Origin: an uncultured Spirochaetaceae bacterium
GTDB lineage: Bacteria > Spirochaetota > Spirochaetia > DSM-27196 > SLST01
Direction: 5' to 3'
NCBI GenBank assembly: GCA_964458555.1
Contig: CAYWJH010000005.1
Coordinates: 748-64,747 of the forward strand
DNA: 64,000 nt
In this document: positions 16,342 through 26,654 of the stretch, one piece after another
Numbering within the stretch: the first letter of the stretch is position 1
Layout: each line of letters starts with the position of its first letter
Position numbers and translations under genes: made by a program
The notes under the pieces: model-generated
What the model was told of the DNA's origin: nothing
Database searches by the model: none
Seen by the model: only the letters and a program-made list of their open reading frames with translations

Positions 16342-17847
16342 ATGAGTACACCCAGCCAACAGAAACCGTCGCAGGAGAGCCCGAAGCACCATCGCTCAAC
16401 CGGGAAGACGCTCACCTACATAGGTACGGTCATCCTGCTCGTCGTCGTCGTCATCGCCTTCGTCGGCACCCCCGCGGTCGGCGGTCTCGCCGGAGGCAAC
16501 CGGATCAGCTTCGGCTCCTACGCCGGACGTGATATCGACTACCAAGCGGGCAATTATCTCGCCAGGCAGTACCAGGGGCTCGCTCAGCGGGTGCAACAGC
16601 AGGACCAGCAGGTCACCGACTCGCTCGTTCGTCAGATCTGGCGCGCCGCGTTCGATCAGACCGTGTTCCACGAGGCGCTCATGGTCGAGGCGCAGAGAGC
16701 CGGCGTCGCGGTCTCCTCGGAGGCGGTGGACCGCGCGATCGCGCAGTGGCCCGAGTTCCAGGTGGACGGCCGTTTCAGCGCCGAAGAGTACAACGCGACG
16801 TCGAGTCAGGTACGACTCGCGCTGCAGAACTATCTGCGCGAATCGCTCGTCGACCAGCAGGTTCGCACCGACCTCTTCGAACGCGTCGAGCCGACCGAGC
16901 CAGAGACGCAGTTTCTTATCGACATGGCCGGACCCGAACGCCAGTTCCGGTTCGTTCAGTTCAGCTCCGCGAGCTTCCCCGACTCGGAGGTGATCGACTA
17001 CGGCGAGGCGAACGCGGACCGCTTCCGCAGGATCAACCTGTCGGTGATCTCGGTGCGAACGAGCCAATCGGACGCCGAGCGAATCCGCGAACAGGCGGTG
17101 AGTCGGCAGACTAGCTTCGAAGACCTCGCCCGCAATCAGAGCACCGACTCGTACGCCGACGACGGCGGAGATATGGGCTGGATCTACCTCCACGAGCTCG
17201 AGCCCGATTTCGAGGACACCTCCGTCATCGAGGAGATCTTCGCGCTCGAAGAGGGCGGGATCAGCCGGGTCTTCGAGACGACATTCGGGTGGACGATCTA
17301 CCGCGTGGACGAGGCGCCGATCGAGCCCGACTTCACCGACGCAAACGTGATCACCGCGGTGCGCGATTATATGACGGTCTATGAGCGCGGCGTCATCGAG
17401 GACTATCTGCGCTCGCGCGCCGACGAGTTCGTCGCCCGGGCGCGTTCGGAGGGTTTCGACGCGGCGAGCGAGTCGATCAACCGGTCGCCCGCGACGACCG
17501 ACTACTTTCCCGTCAACTATGGAAACTCCGGCTACTTCGGACAGGTGAACGCGAGCTCCAACGCGGCGCTGTCGGCCGCGGCGTTCCGCGAAGAATTCTT
17601 TGAAGAGCTCTTCGCGCTCGCGGAGGACGAGGTGAGCGAGCCCTTGGTCGTTCGCGACTACGTATTCGTCTTTCAGCTCGCCGACGAGCGCCCGCCGGAG
17701 CAGAGCACGATCGGCGTCCTCGACTCCTACACACCGCTGATCATCCGCGACTTCGCGCAACAGCAGGTCCGCGACGCGCTCGTGGACGACGATCGGCTCG
17801 TCGACAACTTCAACGCGACGTTCAACAGGGCTATCCTCGGACGTTAA
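16342..17847 (+). CDS. PpiD/SurA-like periplasmic chaperone with a PPIC-type parvulin domain
   Basis: 501 aa with an N-terminal TM anchor (LTYIGTVILLVVVVIAFVG), a SurA_N-like region and a rotamase-like segment (DDGGDMGWIYLHELEPDF...GWTIYRV). Confidence 0.75.
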   Translation: MSTPSQQKPSQESPKHHRSTGKTLTYIGTVILLVVVVIAFVGTPAVGGLAGGNRISFGSYAGRDIDYQAGNYLARQYQGLAQRVQQQDQQVTDSLVRQIWRAAFDQTVFHEALMVEAQRAGVAVSSEAVDRAIAQWPEFQVDGRFSAEEYNATSSQVRLALQNYLRESLVDQQVRTDLFERVEPTEPETQFLIDMAGPERQFRFVQFSSASFPDSEVIDYGEANADRFRRINLSVISVRTSQSDAERIREQAVSRQTSFEDLARNQSTDSYADDGGDMGWIYLHELEPDFEDTSVIEEIFALEEGGISRVFETTFGWTIYRVDEAPIEPDFTDANVITAVRDYMTVYERGVIEDYLRSRADEFVARARSEGFDAASESINRSPATTDYFPVNYGNSGYFGQVNASSNAALSAAAFREEFFEELFALAEDEVSEPLVVRDYVFVFQLADERPPEQSTIGVLDSYTPLIIRDFAQQQVRDALVDDDRLVDNFNATFNRAILGR

Positions 17848-19434
17848 GTGGAGCCGGAGCTTCGCCTCGAGCAGACCCCTCACGGATCACAGGTCTACTA
17901 TCGAGGTCGCAGGCTCTACGGCCCACGCCCCGAGATAGACGCCGGCCGCCGCGCCGCCGCGGTCGGCGTACCCCCAGACACCCTCGTCCTCTGGTTCTCA
18001 CCGCTGGTCTGGCACGGCTGGCGTGAGCTCGCCGAGACGATCGGCGGATCGACCGACGTCGTCGCGCTGGAGGTGGACCCCCTCCTGCTCGAGCTCTCGC
18101 GGCGCACACGGCCCGAAGAGCTCTCCGATCGTTTCTCGCTGATTCCTGCGACGGACCGGGAGATGCTTGCAGCGCTCAGACGCGCGGGAGAACACCGGTA
18201 TCGCCGGGTCGTAGAGGTGACGACCTCCGCCTCCTCGCTCGTCCATCGCGCCGCCTACCGCGCCTTGCGCGACCTCGCCGAGCGTGAGATCCGCGTGTTC
18301 TGGCAGAATCGCCTTACGCTGTCGGCGATGGGCCGGCTCTGGATCCGAAATCTCGTCGAGAACCTTCCGGAGCTGATGCACGCCGATGCGCTCCCCGCGC
18401 TCTGCGGCCCCGTCGTCGTCTGCGGTGCCGGACCCTCGCTCGAGGCGGCGTTGCCGGCGATCGCCCGCAACCGCTCTGCGGTTAGGGTGCTCGCGGTCGA
18501 CACCGCGGTGCCGGTACTCGACGCCGTGGGCGTCCGCCCCGACGTCGTGATCGCGCTCGAGGGGCAGCTCGCGAACGCCTACGACTTCCTCCCGGTCACC
18601 AGGAGGGACTACCGCCTCGTCACCGACCTCACCTCCGACCCGACGACCGCGCGCCTCCACGCTTCGCGCAGCTGGACGCTCACCGCGTTCGCGCCGGTCG
18701 GCCTGCTCGACCGTGCCGCGGCGCTCCCGGGGGTTGCGGCGATGATGCCCGCTCTCGGCTCGGTCGGCGTCGCCGCGGTCCGACTCGCGGCGATGCAGGG
18801 CGCGTCGCCGATCGTCCTCGCCGGGCTCGACTTCGCGGTGCTACCCGGCACGACCCACGCGCGCGGCGCACCGGCGTACCTGAACGCGTTCGCGACGTGC
18901 GACCGTCTCCGTCGGCCGACCGACGCCGCGCTCGCGGCGAGACTCGTCCGTCTGCCGGGACCGCACGGTCCGGTCGCCTCCACGCTCGTCCTCAAAGGCT
19001 ACGCCGATGAGCTGCGCTCGCTCGTTGCGAAGCGAACCGACGTGTTCGTGCTCGAACCGATCGGACTCGATGTCGGGGCGCCATCGATCGATCGCGAGGA
19101 GTTCTCCCGGCTCGCCGCGGCGGTGCCCGCGGCGACTTCGGCGTCGAGCGCGAGGCCGACGACGACGGCCGACGAGCGTCGCGCCCGGCTCGCGGCGTTC
19201 GTTCGCGCGGAGATCGAGCTGCTCGACTCGGTCGATTTGTCGGACGGCTCGGGTGCAGACGAGCTTCCCGGGCGGATCGACTATCTCGCGAGCGAGATCC
19301 CCGAGCGCATCGAGAGCCTCTCCGGGCGGGTGTGCCTCGCACCGCTTGACCGGTCGGCGCGGGCGAGGTTGCGCATCACCGCCGACTATTACCGGGACCG
19401 CTGGAGCGCGACGCTCGGCCGTCTGGAGCAATGA
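17848..19434 (+). CDS. DUF115 / MptE-like (motility-accessory-factor-type) domain protein
   Basis: The GTG start directly abuts the upstream TAA. The core VVVCGAGPSLEAALP...VLAVDTAVPVLDAVGVRPDVVIALEGQ resembles the MAF_flag10/6-hydroxymethylpterin diphosphokinase MptE-like fold. Confidence 0.6.
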   Translation: MEPELRLEQTPHGSQVYYRGRRLYGPRPEIDAGRRAAAVGVPPDTLVLWFSPLVWHGWRELAETIGGSTDVVALEVDPLLLELSRRTRPEELSDRFSLIPATDREMLAALRRAGEHRYRRVVEVTTSASSLVHRAAYRALRDLAEREIRVFWQNRLTLSAMGRLWIRNLVENLPELMHADALPALCGPVVVCGAGPSLEAALPAIARNRSAVRVLAVDTAVPVLDAVGVRPDVVIALEGQLANAYDFLPVTRRDYRLVTDLTSDPTTARLHASRSWTLTAFAPVGLLDRAAALPGVAAMMPALGSVGVAAVRLAAMQGASPIVLAGLDFAVLPGTTHARGAPAYLNAFATCDRLRRPTDAALAARLVRLPGPHGPVASTLVLKGYADELRSLVAKRTDVFVLEPIGLDVGAPSIDREEFSRLAAAVPAATSASSARPTTTADERRARLAAFVRAEIELLDSVDLSDGSGADELPGRIDYLASEIPERIESLSGRVCLAPLDRSARARLRITADYYRDRWSATLGRLEQ

Positions 19435-19438
19435 GCGC

Positions 19439-21241
19439 TCACGTCTCTTCGCTCTTCAGCGCCGCGAGGAAGGCGGTCTGCGGGACTTCGACGTTGCCGA
19501 CGAGCTTCATCCGCTTCTTGCCTTCTTTCTGTTTCTCGAGCAGTTTGCGCTTTCGCGTGATGTCGCCCCCGTAGCACTTCGCGGTGACGTCCTTGCGAAC
19601 CGCGTTGATCGTCTCCCGGGCGATGATCGTTCCGCCAATCGCGCCCTGCAGCGGGATCTTGAACTGGTGGCGGGGAATCTCGTCCTTGAGCTTCCGGCAG
19701 ATCGTCCGCGCGCGGTCGGCGGCGGTGTCGCGGAAGACGAGCTGGCTCAGCGCGTCCACCGGTTTGCCGCCGACGAGAATATCGAGCTTGGCAAGCTTCG
19801 TCTCGCGGTAGCCGATCATCTCGTAGTCGAACGAGGCGTACCCGCGGCTGATGCTCTTGAGCTTGTCGTAGAAGTCGAAGAGCACCTCCGCGAGCGGCAT
19901 CTCGTACACGAGCTCCACCCGGCGCGAGTCGAGATAGTGCATCGTCACCTGAACGCCGCGTTTTTCCATGCAGAGTGTCATGACGTTGCCCACGTAGTCG
20001 GTCGGAGTCATGATGTCGGCCCGGATGAACGGCTCGTACGCCCTCTCTATCTTGTCTTCGCCGGGGTAGAACTCCGGGTTGTCGACCTCAAGCTCCTCCC
20101 CTTCGTCGGTCTCGAGACGGTACTTCACCGACGGTGCGGTGAGAATGATCGAGAGGTCGAACTCGCGTTCGAGCCGCTCCTGGATAACCTCCAGGTGAAG
20201 CAGGCCCAGAAATCCGCACCGGAACCCGAACCCGAGCGCGGCAGAGCTGTCCTTCTCGTAGACGAGCGACGCGTCGTTCAGGGTGAGCCGATCCATCGCG
20301 GCCGACAACTCGTCGTAGTCGTTCGCGTCGATGGGATAGATCGAGCTGAAGACGACCGGCTTGACCTCGCGGAACCCGGGCAGCGGCGCGTCGCAGGGGT
20401 GAGCGGCGTGCGTGATGGTGTCGCCGACCCGAATATCCGAGATGTTCTTGATGCCGGCGACGATGTACCCGACGTCGCCGGCCTGCAATTCCTCGGTCTC
20501 GGCGAGGATGATCCGAAACTGTCCGGTCGCCTCGATCTTGTAGCGCCCGCCGGACGCCCAGACGAGGATCTCATCGCCCGGGTTGAGCGTCCCGTCGAAG
20601 ACGCGCAGATGCACGATCACGCCGCGATACGGGTCGTAGTGCGAGTCGAAGATGAGCGCACGAAGCGCGGCCTCGGTATCTCCGTTCGGCGGCGGGATGC
20701 GCTGGACGAGAGCCTCGAGGAGCTCGGGGACACCCTCGCCGGTCTTGGCCGAGATGAGCAGCGCCGAATCGGCGTCGAGGCCCAGGTCGTTCTCGATCTC
20801 CTCCTTGACGCGCTCGATCTCCGCACCGGGGAGATCGATCTTGTTGATGACGGGAATGATCTCGAGGTTGTGGTCCATCGCGAGGTAGAGGTTCGACAGC
20901 GTCTGCGCCTCCACGCCCTGCGTCGCGTCCACGAGCAGCAGCGCGCCGTCGCACGAGCTGATCGCGCGCGAGACTTCGTACGAGAAGTCGACGTGTCCCG
21001 GGGTGTCGACGAGGTTGAGCTCGTAGCTTCTGCCGTCGTCGGCGACGTACGGCAGACGAACAGCCTGGCTCTTGATCGTGATGCCCCGCTCGCGCTCGAT
21101 GTCCATCGAGTCGAGAATCTGGTCCTGGAACTCGCGCTCGGCGACGATCTTCGCGCGCTGGATGAACCGATCGGCGAGCGTACTCTTCCCGTGGTCTATA
21201 TGGGCGATGATGCAGAAATTGCGAATATGGTCTTGCGTCAT
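19439..21241 (-). CDS. lepA: Translation elongation factor 4 (LepA)
   Basis: [22 protein letters not shown]..., [12 protein letters not shown] and the LepA C-terminal domain. A GTG at 21277 (GTGA overlap with the upstream stop) is an alternative start, but the 12 extra codons have low GC3. Confidence 0.95.
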   Translation of the reverse strand: MTQDHIRNFCIIAHIDHGKSTLADRFIQRAKIVAEREFQDQILDSMDIERERGITIKSQAVRLPYVADDGRSYELNLVDTPGHVDFSYEVSRAISSCDGALLLVDATQGVEAQTLSNLYLAMDHNLEIIPVINKIDLPGAEIERVKEEIENDLGLDADSALLISAKTGEGVPELLEALVQRIPPPNGDTEAALRALIFDSHYDPYRGVIVHLRVFDGTLNPGDEILVWASGGRYKIEATGQFRIILAETEELQAGDVGYIVAGIKNISDIRVGDTITHAAHPCDAPLPGFREVKPVVFSSIYPIDANDYDELSAAMDRLTLNDASLVYEKDSSAALGFGFRCGFLGLLHLEVIQERLEREFDLSIILTAPSVKYRLETDEGEELEVDNPEFYPGEDKIERAYEPFIRADIMTPTDYVGNVMTLCMEKRGVQVTMHYLDSRRVELVYEMPLAEVLFDFYDKLKSISRGYASFDYEMIGYRETKLAKLDILVGGKPVDALSQLVFRDTAADRARTICRKLKDEIPRHQFKIPLQGAIGGTIIARETINAVRKDVTAKCYGGDITRKRKLLEKQKEGKKRMKLVGNVEVPQTAFLAALKSEET

Positions 21242-21273
21242 AGGAGGTGGAGCAAACAATAGTGAAACACGGG

Positions 21274-23187
21274 TCACTCGTCCAGAATGGCTCGAACACG
21301 CGCGACGAGCCGGGCCGGATCGATCGGCTTCTGCATGAACCGCGTGCCGAGACGGCGCCGTTCGTCCTCGTCCAGGTACGCCTCAGGGTACCCGGAGATG
21401 AACAGGCATCTCATCCCCGGGTGCTCGCCGGTCAGACGTTCGGCGAGCTCGCGCCCCGAGAGGTGAGGCATGACGACGTCGGTGATGAGCAGCTGTACGC
21501 GCTCCCCGTGCTGCTCGTCCACGAGCACGGCTTCACCGGCGTTGGCAGCCTCGAGCACCTGGTACCCCTTCCGTCGCAGAACGCGCGCCAACAAGGCCCG
21601 AATCGCCTCGTCGTCTTCGACGAGCAGAATCGTCTCGGCCCCTCCCGAGGCGCCCGATATCGACTCGGGCTCATCGCGCTCACCGGACCCGCCGGCGTGC
21701 ACGGGAAGGTACACGGTAAACGTCGTTCCCTTGCCCTCTGCGCTGTCGAGGTCGATGAAGCCTCCGCTCTGCGCGACGATTCCGTATACGGTCGACAGAC
21801 CGAGCCCCGTGCCCTGCCCCACACCCTTCGTCGTGAAGAACGGCTCGAATACGCGTTCCACTACGTCCCGGCTCATGCCGACGCCCGTGTCGCGGACGAC
21901 AATCGCCACAAAGGCACCCGGCTCGACCCCCTCGTGGCCCTCGACGTGCGCCGCATCCACGTTCCGCACCTCGGTACGAATCGCGAGGCGCCCCCCGTCG
22001 GGCATCGCGTCGCGTGCGTTCACCACCAGGTTCATCAGCACCTGTTCGAGCTGGCTCGGGTCGACCAGCACGTGAGCGGGGTTCGCGGCCAGGTCTACCT
22101 GGGTGCGAACATCGTCGCTCACGAGCCGCCGGATCATCTTCTCCATGTCGGCGACGATCTCGTTGACGTCCACGACCCGCGGCTCCAGCATCTGGTGACG
22201 GCTGAACGCGAGCAGCTGTCTGGTCAGCGCGGCCGAGCGCATCGCCGCCTTCTGAATCCCGTCGACGTCGGATCGCAGCGCCTCCGGATCGTCGACCGCG
22301 TGCGGGAGCCCCTCCTTGAGCAGCTTGGCGTATCCGAGGATGACGGTGAGCAGGTTGTTGAAGTCGTGCGCGATGCCGCCGGTGAGACGACCGACCGCCT
22401 CCATTTTCTGCGAACGCCGCAGTTGCTCTTCCTGCCGCCGTAGCGCCTCCTGCTGCTCGAGACGCTCGGAGACGTCGCGGATGATCACCACCCACCCGTT
22501 GCGAGCGCCGTCCTTGGCGAGCAGCGGCGCGAGGTCGCGCTCCACGGCGATGGTCGTCCCATCGTCGCGATCGAGGAAGAGCCGCCCGTCGCAATCGGCG
22601 ACAGGGCTGACCGGTTCGCTGTTCTCGAGGCGAAGCCGCAGGACGGCCGACAGCTCGTGCCCAACGATTTCGTCTCGAGCCCTCCCGAGGATCGACTCGG
22701 CGACGCTGTTCGAGAAATCGACGCGATACGCCTCGTCGGTGACGAGCACGCCGTCCTGGATACTCTCGAGCGTCGTGCTGAAAAGCCGCTCGCGGCGCTG
22801 AAGCTGTTGCTCCATCGTGTGGCGGTGAAGCGAGATCACCACCGCGTTACGCAGCTCCCGCTCGTCGAACGGCTTGACGATGAAGGCGAACGGTTGCGCG
22901 AGCTTCGCGCGTTCGAGCGTTTCCTGCGTATCGAGCGCGGTCAGCAGGATGACCGGGATGTCGAAACGCTCTTTGACCAGCTTCGCCGTCTCGACCCCGT
23001 CGAGCTCGCCCTTGAGGATGATATCGAGCAGAACGAGATCGGCCCCGAGCTGCGGGAGGCTCTCGAGCAAGCTCTCACCACTCGCGAAGACGGCGGGCAC
23101 CTCGTAACCGAGGTGCTCGAGTTGGAGCTTGATGTCGAGCGCGACGATGTTTTCGTCTTCGACAACGACGATGCGTTGCGTATCCAC
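21274..23187 (-). CDS. Hybrid sensor histidine kinase: REC - PAS - HisKA - HATPase_c - REC
   Basis: 637 aa with N-terminal REC (VVVEDENIV...LDIIL), H-box [18 protein letters not shown]-boxes DTGVGM and GTGLGLS, and C-terminal REC ([11 protein letters not shown]...ITDVVMP). Confidence 0.9.
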   Translation of the reverse strand: MDTQRIVVVEDENIVALDIKLQLEHLGYEVPAVFASGESLLESLPQLGADLVLLDIILKGELDGVETAKLVKERFDIPVILLTALDTQETLERAKLAQPFAFIVKPFDERELRNAVVISLHRHTMEQQLQRRERLFSTTLESIQDGVLVTDEAYRVDFSNSVAESILGRARDEIVGHELSAVLRLRLENSEPVSPVADCDGRLFLDRDDGTTIAVERDLAPLLAKDGARNGWVVIIRDVSERLEQQEALRRQEEQLRRSQKMEAVGRLTGGIAHDFNNLLTVILGYAKLLKEGLPHAVDDPEALRSDVDGIQKAAMRSAALTRQLLAFSRHQMLEPRVVDVNEIVADMEKMIRRLVSDDVRTQVDLAANPAHVLVDPSQLEQVLMNLVVNARDAMPDGGRLAIRTEVRNVDAAHVEGHEGVEPGAFVAIVVRDTGVGMSRDVVERVFEPFFTTKGVGQGTGLGLSTVYGIVAQSGGFIDLDSAEGKGTTFTVYLPVHAGGSGERDEPESISGASGGAETILLVEDDEAIRALLARVLRRKGYQVLEAANAGEAVLVDEQHGERVQLLITDVVMPHLSGRELAERLTGEHPGMRCLFISGYPEAYLDEDERRRLGTRFMQKPIDPARLVARVRAILDE

Positions 23188-23211
23188 TCAATCCCCCCGG
23201 CTAAGACGGCG

Positions 23212-24984
23212 CTACAACAGGTTATCGCGCTCCACGTACGCCGCGAGCTGGATGCCGGTCTGCATGAATCCCTCGGTGCGCTTCTGGATGAACATGCGCA
23301 GATATACGATATCAAGTTCATCGTCGAAGTCGAACTCGCGTTCGACGAAGGTGTCCCCGGCGGTAATGCCCGTCTCGTCCGCGATGCTGCCGGGGTAGAC
23401 TTGCGTGACGCGGTAGCTCTGCCTGAACGAGAAGCCGCCCGTGCGCTCGACGCGCATCCCGAAGAGAACCGGGTAGAGCCGATCGTGCAGGTCTGCCTCG
23501 AGCGCTGCCTCGACCGGGCTCGCCGGCCGCTCGACCAGCGAAACGACCCCCGACAAAGACTCTCCATCGCGAAGCCACGCGAGCTCCACGAGCGAACCGG
23601 GGTCCCTCCTGAGAAGAAACGACTGCGCAGCGGCGATGTCGCTCGCCGGCCACTCGCCGAAGGCGCTCAGGACGTCGCCCACGAGAATGCCGGCCTCGTC
23701 GGCGGGCGAGCCGGTTGCCACGTAGCTCACCTCGAGTCCCTCGGCAACGCGTTCGACCGCAACGCCCATCCAGGGCACGGTGACCGAACCCTCGGCGTAG
23801 AGGTCGGGGAAGAAGGTGTGAATCCAGTACGAAGGGATCGCGAAGTTCACGCCCTCGAACTGCTCGATCCCGGCGAACACCACTCCGACGAGCCGCCCCT
23901 GCCGGTCGAGCAGCGGCCCCCCGGAGCTGCCCGGGTTGATCGGCACGTCCACCTGCATCGCGTCGCCCATCTGCAGAAAGCGCCGCCCCACCGCGGAGAT
24001 GATTCCGGAAGTAATCGAGTTCTCCAGGCCGCCGGGAGATCCTATCGCTACGATGCCGGAGCCCGGCTCGAGCGATCGGATGTCCGTGAACGAGAACACG
24101 TAGGGCGCGTCGACTTCGATCTTCAGAAGCGCCACGTCGAAGATCCGGCTGTAGCCGACGACACGAGCCGGGATCCGCGTGTTGGGATCCGACGGCAAAC
24201 GCACGTAGAGACGCGAGTATCCTTCGTATTCAGGATCGACTTCGCTGGAGATGACGTGGTAGTTCGTGACGACGTAGCCCCGCGGATCGACGAAAAAGCC
24301 GCTGCCGATTACGCGGTCGGGAATCCCCATCCCGCCTTCGAGTCTGATCCCACGGTTCACCCAGATGGTGACCACTCCCTCGCTCATCTCCACCGGGCTC
24401 GCGTCGCTGGTGGCAAACGCGACCGCATCCGGGTTGTCGCCTCGCCAGCCCGGTCCGAGGATCTCCGCGAAAAGCGACACCGCGTGACGATTGTTCAGGT
24501 CAACCGCGACCTCCACCGCGCGCTCGAGCGCGACCCGCGGGAGCGAGGAGAGCGACGGCGCGCGCGCGAGCACGGCGAGAGCCGCCGGGTCGTTGCCTTC
24601 GTCGGCGAGCTGGCTCGCGTACTCGAGATGGAGCCGCGAGATGAGCTCGGGATCGTTCTCTTCTACGCCCAGAACGGCAAGATTGCGGTACGCCCGGATC
24701 GCATCGCGCGGGCGGCCCTCGGCGCGAGCGTCATCGTACTCGCGTCGAATGCCGTCTATCGCGTCGGCGAGTAAGGAGTCGAGCTCGCTCTGCGGAAGGA
24801 CATCGTCCCTGCGCAGCGCGGTGATGCGCTGAACCGCCCGCTCGGGACGCCCCGCGTCGATATGCGCGAGCAACTCGGAGCGCACGACGTCGGGACGCAG
24901 GCGAACCGGCGCGTCGACCTCGGTGGCGCACGAGGAGAGTACTGCGGCAAGGACGACGAACGCGCCCCACGTGAACGTTCTCAC
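23212..24984 (-). CDS. HtrA/DegP-like S1C serine protease lipoprotein with PDZ domain(s) and an N-terminal helical extension
   Basis: Lipobox LSSC. The catalytic triad contexts are TNYHVI, DVALLKI and NPGSSGGPLLD. PDZ-like segments follow. Confidence 0.85.
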   Translation of the reverse strand: MRTFTWGAFVVLAAVLSSCATEVDAPVRLRPDVVRSELLAHIDAGRPERAVQRITALRRDDVLPQSELDSLLADAIDGIRREYDDARAEGRPRDAIRAYRNLAVLGVEENDPELISRLHLEYASQLADEGNDPAALAVLARAPSLSSLPRVALERAVEVAVDLNNRHAVSLFAEILGPGWRGDNPDAVAFATSDASPVEMSEGVVTIWVNRGIRLEGGMGIPDRVIGSGFFVDPRGYVVTNYHVISSEVDPEYEGYSRLYVRLPSDPNTRIPARVVGYSRIFDVALLKIEVDAPYVFSFTDIRSLEPGSGIVAIGSPGGLENSITSGIISAVGRRFLQMGDAMQVDVPINPGSSGGPLLDRQGRLVGVVFAGIEQFEGVNFAIPSYWIHTFFPDLYAEGSVTVPWMGVAVERVAEGLEVSYVATGSPADEAGILVGDVLSAFGEWPASDIAAAQSFLLRRDPGSLVELAWLRDGESLSGVVSLVERPASPVEAALEADLHDRLYPVLFGMRVERTGGFSFRQSYRVTQVYPGSIADETGITAGDTFVEREFDFDDELDIVYLRMFIQKRTEGFMQTGIQLAAYVERDNLL

Positions 24985-24986
24985 AC

Positions 24987-26654
24987 CTACCTCCGCTGCT
25001 CCGCAATGGGGAGCTCACGGATCACCGAATCGGTCCACCACGAGAATTCGCGCACATCGATCGCGCCATCACCGTTGAGGTCCCACTCGCGCACCGGAAC
25101 GCCGACCTCCCGCTCGAAGACCTCCGGCTTTCCGTCGCCATCCGCGTCGACCGCGAGCGCAACGAGGCGCCCGTTCCGGTATCCTTCGGCGATCTCGAAG
25201 TATCCGTCCCCGTCGAGATCGCGTACGCCGCTGGTCGCGAAACCGCCGTCGGTCAGAAGGAGGTGATCCCACGCACCGTCGCCGTTCGCGTCGCGAAGGG
25301 TCTGACGCGCCACACCACCCTCCCGGTAGACCCGTTCGTACACCGTTCCGTCGTCTCGCTGCAGGTCGATCCTGACGGCAGCCGCCACGAGCTCGCTCCG
25401 CTCGACCGCACGCGGTGCGTCTGCGAGCGCCAGATCGCTTCCGAACAGCGGCCCGGCGGCGGGCAGCTCCACCACGGTCTCAAGCCGCACACTCCGCGGT
25501 CGTAGCACGAATAGCTCGCTGCCGACCTCCGTCGATATGCGCGCGTTCGACACGAACGGATACTGGTCGTACTCGAGCTCGACCGCGGGAAGCCCCGGGG
25601 CGACGAGCCTGACCGAAGCCGGCTCGCCACCGGAGAGCTCGAGGTCGAGCTCGGCAACACCGTCCTGGTCGGAATCGCGTTCCCACCGCTCGATCACGCC
25701 CGCGTCCGCGGTGATACGCTCGTTCCACACACCGTCGCGGTCGCCGTCGACCACGCTGACGCCGCTGAACGAGCGCGCAAGACCCCGCAGTCGCTCGCCG
25801 GCCTCCGTATCAAGGCGCGCGAGCAGCTCGCGGCCGGTACGATAATCGGCCCAGCCGTCGAGCTCGACGAAGCGCTCTACGGCGCGGTCGCGGTCGACCT
25901 CGAGCCACAGCTCTGCGATCCGCGCCTCGTCCCATTCGCGCTCCTCGAGCATCGCGAGCGCCCAGGCCGCTTCCTCCGTCACCGGCGCTCGCATTCCGTA
26001 CTCGAAGAGCAGTTCGTCGAGATCGGGGCCGTACGAGCTCGGCGCATCGGTGTCCATGAATCGTTCGAGCCGGCGTCGGTACTCCACCGACGGGAACGGC
26101 TCGGAGCGCAACGCGAACCAGAAGAACCGCGGATCATCGGGGAACCGGTCCGCAGCGAGCTCGACGATGCCGTCGCGTTCGGCCTCGCGCCCCATCGCGT
26201 CGAGCGCTCGCGCGCGTTCGAACGAGGAGCTCGCGCGCAGGTCGGCGGGCGTCGCAGGAGACAGGTGCGTTTCCGCGAGGATGCGTTCAGCCTCCTCGGG
26301 CTCCCCGACCCGGTTCCACAGTCGCGCGCGCAGCACGTTCGCGTGCGGCTCACCGAACAGACGCCACGCGCCGAGTTCTGCCGCCCGACCGGCGAGCGCG
26401 ATCGCGCTTCGGGTCTCACCGCGGTTCTCGGCGGCGATGAGCGCGGCGAGGTAGAGCGAGTCGCTCGACTCGGGTGCGAATTCCCGCGCGACACCGGCGA
26501 GCCGGCGCGCCCGGTCGAGACGGCCTTCCTCGTAGGCATCGTACGCGGCCTCGACGTAGAGCAAGGCGATATCGCGGTCGGCTTCTATCCCGAACGCCGC
26601 GCGCGGAACGAGAAGGAAACAGACAACGACAGCTCCCCACGTCCGCCTCATCAC
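24987..26654 (-). CDS. Secreted TPR plus DxDxDG (FG-GAP/EF-hand-like calcium-binding) repeat protein
   Basis: Has a signal peptide and an N-terminal TPR-like half. Six motifs of the DGDRDGVW, DSDQDGVAE, DANGDGAWD, DLDGDGYFE, DADGDGKPE, DLNGDGAID type are present. The start overlaps the ftsH stop (ATGA), and the stop lies 2 nt before the HtrA-like start. Confidence 0.7.
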   Translation of the reverse strand: MMRRTWGAVVVCFLLVPRAAFGIEADRDIALLYVEAAYDAYEEGRLDRARRLAGVAREFAPESSDSLYLAALIAAENRGETRSAIALAGRAAELGAWRLFGEPHANVLRARLWNRVGEPEEAERILAETHLSPATPADLRASSSFERARALDAMGREAERDGIVELAADRFPDDPRFFWFALRSEPFPSVEYRRRLERFMDTDAPSSYGPDLDELLFEYGMRAPVTEEAAWALAMLEEREWDEARIAELWLEVDRDRAVERFVELDGWADYRTGRELLARLDTEAGERLRGLARSFSGVSVVDGDRDGVWNERITADAGVIERWERDSDQDGVAELDLELSGGEPASVRLVAPGLPAVELEYDQYPFVSNARISTEVGSELFVLRPRSVRLETVVELPAAGPLFGSDLALADAPRAVERSELVAAAVRIDLQRDDGTVYERVYREGGVARQTLRDANGDGAWDHLLLTDGGFATSGVRDLDGDGYFEIAEGYRNGRLVALAVDADGDGKPEVFEREVGVPVREWDLNGDGAIDVREFSWWTDSVIRELPIAEQRR

